From: an uncultured Micrococcales bacterium | Lineage (GTDB): Bacteria; Actinomycetota; Actinomycetes; Actinomycetales; Microbacteriaceae | Reading direction: 5' to 3' | DNA length: 62,442 bases | NCBI GenBank assembly: GCA_903922825.1 | Contig: CAIXVE010000082.1 | Span: 1-62,442, forward strand | Program-made: the position numbers and the translations under genes | Notes under the pieces: generated by a model | Told to the model about the DNA's origin: nothing | What the model saw: only the letters and a program-made list of their open reading frames with translations | Databases searched by the model: none | In this document: positions 59,605-62,442 of the stretch, one piece after another | Layout of the letters: each line of letters opens with the position of its first letter | Position numbering within the stretch: position 1 is the stretch's first letter

Positions 59605-60234
59605 TTAAGCTCGTTTACTTGCAAGTAATAAGCCATCACCGGCAGGCGATAGCACGCTGATGAATTGATCAATATTCTTGATGGTTTGGAGAACATCTCG
59701 ATAAATCTGGGTGTTGTCATCTCTAAGAACCAAATCTGGAACACGGTCACGCCAGAGTGCATGGGCGATAGCTAAAACTCCACCTGGTCGAAGCAAGCGG
59801 GAGGCTTCAATAACCTGCTGGTCTAGTGTTTCGCGATCTGCATCCAAGAAAACGAGGTCATAGGCAGCATCGGCTAGGTTTGCGAGAACTTCTTGAGATT
59901 TGCCGTTGATAATTCTTAGCCGTGATGAAGGGATTCCAGCATTGGTGAAAGCCGTTTTGGCGTGGTTTAGGTACTCGCCTTCGGTTTCAATGGTGGCTAG
60001 AACAGCTTGGTCATTTCCTGAAAGCATCCAAAGTCCTGAAACACCTACGCCCGTTCCAACTTCAACAACTGCTTTAGCTTGAGTTGCACTAACTAACAGA
60101 GCCAGATGAGCACCAACTGAAGGGGTTATGGATTCAACACCCAGTTCCTCACCTCTCAGGCGAGCTTTAGCGATGTGCTCGGGTTCAGAAGCGTAGTCTT
60201 CTGAGTATTTCCAGCTAGTTATTTTGTCAACCAT
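59605..60234 (-). CDS. O-methyltransferase (Rv1220c-like)
   Basis: 'EVGTGVGVSG', 'YDLVFLDA', 'LRPGG', 'GDGLL'. Confidence 0.88.
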   Translation of the reverse strand: MVDKITSWKYSEDYASEPEHIAKARLRGEELGVESITPSVGAHLALLVSATQAKAVVEVGTGVGVSGLWMLSGNDQAVLATIETEGEYLNHAKTAFTNAGIPSSRLRIINGKSQEVLANLADAAYDLVFLDADRETLDQQVIEASRLLRPGGVLAIAHALWRDRVPDLVLRDDNTQIYRDVLQTIKNIDQFISVLSPAGDGLLLASKRA

Positions 60235-60299
60235 TTCAATAAAGAGCATATCTGGGGGATTGGCTCTTGGCAGGCAGGCTAAGCGGGTAACCTAGAAAC

Positions 60300-60650
60300 G
60301 TGTTTGGTTTATCAAGTGAAAAGATCCTCATCCTGCTAGTTCTAGCAGTGTTCATCTTGGGTCCCGAACGCCTACCCCAATACACCCGTAACTTTGCCCA
60401 ATTCATAAAGAAGTTGCGCAACATGGCTAACACCGCTCAAGAGCAGATGAAAAATGAATTAGGTGAAGGCTATGAGGATTTGGACTGGAAGAAATTAGAT
60501 CCAAGACAATACGACCCGAGAAGAATAATTCGGGAAGCACTTTTAGAAGACGACACAGTCCCACATTCAGATCTAAACCAGGTGAAAGTTAAGACTCAAC
60601 CTAAATTAGAAGCCAACGAGCTTCCGCCATACGATATCGAATCGACTTAG
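60300..60650 (+). CDS. tatB: TatB-like Sec-independent translocase subunit
   Basis: 'FILGPERLP', 'LDPRQYDPRRIIREAL', 'PPYD.EST'. Confidence 0.85.
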   Translation: MFGLSSEKILILLVLAVFILGPERLPQYTRNFAQFIKKLRNMANTAQEQMKNELGEGYEDLDWKKLDPRQYDPRRIIREALLEDDTVPHSDLNQVKVKTQPKLEANELPPYDIEST

Positions 60651-62167
60651 AGTCTTCTCATAATTCGGGCTAGAAGATTAAGTAGTGGGGCCATCCTGTT
60701 GTATTGGTAGCCATGGCTAGGGAATTCAAGTAATCCTCGGTGAATACCGATAGCTTGTGACTCGGTGTATTTTAGAAGCCCATCAACACCGTTTCTTCGA
60801 CCACTGCCTGAGTTCTTCATTCCACCCATAGGTGTGTCAAGGCTGGCAAAGGTTGCACGGAAACCTTCGTTGATGTTGACAGTTCCAGCCATGATCCGTT
60901 TAGCAACCTGTCTGGCTTCTTTAGGATTACCTACGACAGATGCATTTAGACCTTCGGTGGTGTCATTAGCTAAAGCAACAGCTTCGTCGATACTTTCATA
61001 ACCATAAACAGCAACCAGTGGACCAAATACTTCATTCTTGTTGAGGTTCATGTCTTCTTTGACGTTGGTCACAATGGTTGGTGCGTAGAAGTATGGGCCA
61101 AGTTCAGGAAGTGCATGACCTCCGGTAACAACCTTTGCGCCTTTAGTAACCGCATCTTGAACAAAGCCAGAGACTCTTGCGAGTTGGTTAGGACCGGTTA
61201 GAGTGCCGATATCAATACTGAAATCATTGCTGGTTCCAAGCTTCAGAGCCGAAACCTTCTCCTTGAGGATTGCTTCAAAGCGTTCCTTCATGTTATTTGG
61301 AACATATGCTCGTTCAATCGAAACACAGAGCTGACCGGCTGAACCAAACGCTCCACCAATAAGAATTTCAGCTGCTTCAGCAAGATCAGCGGAAGGCAGA
61401 ACAATCAGTGGGTTCTTGCCACCAAGTTCCAAACTGAAAGGAATAAGTCTTTGAGCAGCTCTTGCTCCAACCTGTCTTCCAGTGTTAGCACTACCAGTGA
61501 AAGCAACGTAGTCAACACAATCTGTAACCGCATTACCAACAACAGCACCATCACCAGCGACGATAGTCCAAACCTTAGGGTTAAGTCCTGCTCTGATTGC
61601 AAGTGATCTTGCTAGAAGTGCTGTCAAAGTCGTTTGGTTATCTGATTTTTGAACAACAGCATTGCCTGCCATAAGAGCTGGAATCACATCCAGCAAACAA
61701 AGAGCCAATGGGTAGTTCCAAGGTGTGATCACACCGACAACACCAACCGGAACATGGTTCACCCAGGTCTTAGTTAAAACAGGAACACCAGCAATCGTCT
61801 TTTTTGGTTTAAGAGCTTTCTTGCCAACCTTTGCGTAATACCTTGCAGCACCTGTTCCACCAGCAACTTCTTCAAAAGCGTGGGCTCTTGCCTTACCGGT
61901 TTCTAGCTGAACCATATCCATCAGGGCATTCTGCTCTTCAAGGATTAGGTCGTGCAGTTTATAGAGAATCTTTGAACGCTCTTTGACTGTTGTTTTAGCC
62001 CAATCCTTTTGAGCTTCACGAGCATTAGCAACTGCTTCTGCTACCTGCTCAGCATTCATCTGCGGTAATTCATAGATGGCCTTACCGGTATTTGGATTGT
62101 TTATTGTCACACTCTGGCTGGTCTTAGGCAGGTGAGCGACTAGGGATGAAATCAAAGTTTCGTTCAT
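60647..62167 (-). CDS. gabD: Succinate-semialdehyde dehydrogenase (NADP+) / aldehyde dehydrogenase
   Basis: 'PWNYP', 'FTGS', 'LELGGKNP', 'AGQLCVSIER', 'EVFGP'. Confidence 0.8.
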   Translation of the reverse strand: MNETLISSLVAHLPKTSQSVTINNPNTGKAIYELPQMNAEQVAEAVANAREAQKDWAKTTVKERSKILYKLHDLILEEQNALMDMVQLETGKARAHAFEEVAGGTGAARYYAKVGKKALKPKKTIAGVPVLTKTWVNHVPVGVVGVITPWNYPLALCLLDVIPALMAGNAVVQKSDNQTTLTALLARSLAIRAGLNPKVWTIVAGDGAVVGNAVTDCVDYVAFTGSANTGRQVGARAAQRLIPFSLELGGKNPLIVLPSADLAEAAEILIGGAFGSAGQLCVSIERAYVPNNMKERFEAILKEKVSALKLGTSNDFSIDIGTLTGPNQLARVSGFVQDAVTKGAKVVTGGHALPELGPYFYAPTIVTNVKEDMNLNKNEVFGPLVAVYGYESIDEAVALANDTTEGLNASVVGNPKEARQVAKRIMAGTVNINEGFRATFASLDTPMGGMKNSGSGRRNGVDGLLKYTESQAIGIHRGLLEFPSHGYQYNRMAPLLNLLARIMRRL

Positions 62168-62442
62168 TAGCCCAGTTTAACCTTTAGAGTCCTATTGGTC
62201 TTAGGTAACTTGGTTTCAGTGAGCTTATTTGCAAGTTCTTTAATGGCTAACCCTGCGCCATCCAGAGATTCATTGAGAACCAGAGGATAACCTTTATCAG
62301 ATGAGGCGGATAGTTCTTGACTCAGTGGAATCTGGGCTAGGAGCGAGGTCCCTAAAGTTGTGGCAACTTCCTGACCACCACCAACCCCGAAAAGGTAGTT
62401 CTTTGAGCCATCAGGGTTTTCTAACCAGCTCATGTTTTCAAC
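62167..62442 (-). CDS. mrp: Mrp/NBP35 Fe-S cluster carrier ATPase (C-terminal part; start outside window)
   Basis: 'VENMSWL', 'LFGVGGG', 'LLAQIPL', 'D.G.P'. Confidence 0.88.
   Translation of the reverse strand, partial: VENMSWLENPDGSKNYLFGVGGGQEVATTLGTSLLAQIPLSQELSASSDKGYPLVLNESLDGAGLAIKELANKLTETKLPKTNRTLKVKLG

Overview
Compact, gene-dense chromosomal segment of a small-genome, low-GC-looking (GC not computed) Microbacteriaceae actinobacterium, most like the freshwater Rhodoluna/Aquiluna group (inferred from gene order and content). Most of it is housekeeping: manB-ahcY-mtrAB-comF-secA, an Rv3235/SAF/TadZ-like/pdtaS/whiB1 block, a C50 carotenoid operon, ilvDBNC, serA, leuB-ilvE-gltX, leuCD-murA-plsC-gpsA-ddl, thiL, dapD/dapE, tatB and mrp, plus three tRNAs (Lys-CTT, Gln-CTG, Glu-CTC). 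Accessory content is a ~2.3 kb decayed islet behind tRNA-Lys and a 1216-aa surface protein. The islet carries a secreted G1 glutamic peptidase and gene remnants, and ends in a deletion scar joining a truncated ssb to a truncated DUF1905 gene. The surface protein has DUF4082-PA14-FN3 domains and an unrecognised polytopic C-terminus. Non-coding signals include pervasive leaderless promoters, a GlnR-like triple repeat and a recurring DnaA-box-like motif upstream of DNA-uptake/DNA-related genes. No CRISPR array, rRNA, IS element, integrase or riboswitch was recognised. All family calls come from motif recognition and synteny, not from database searches.
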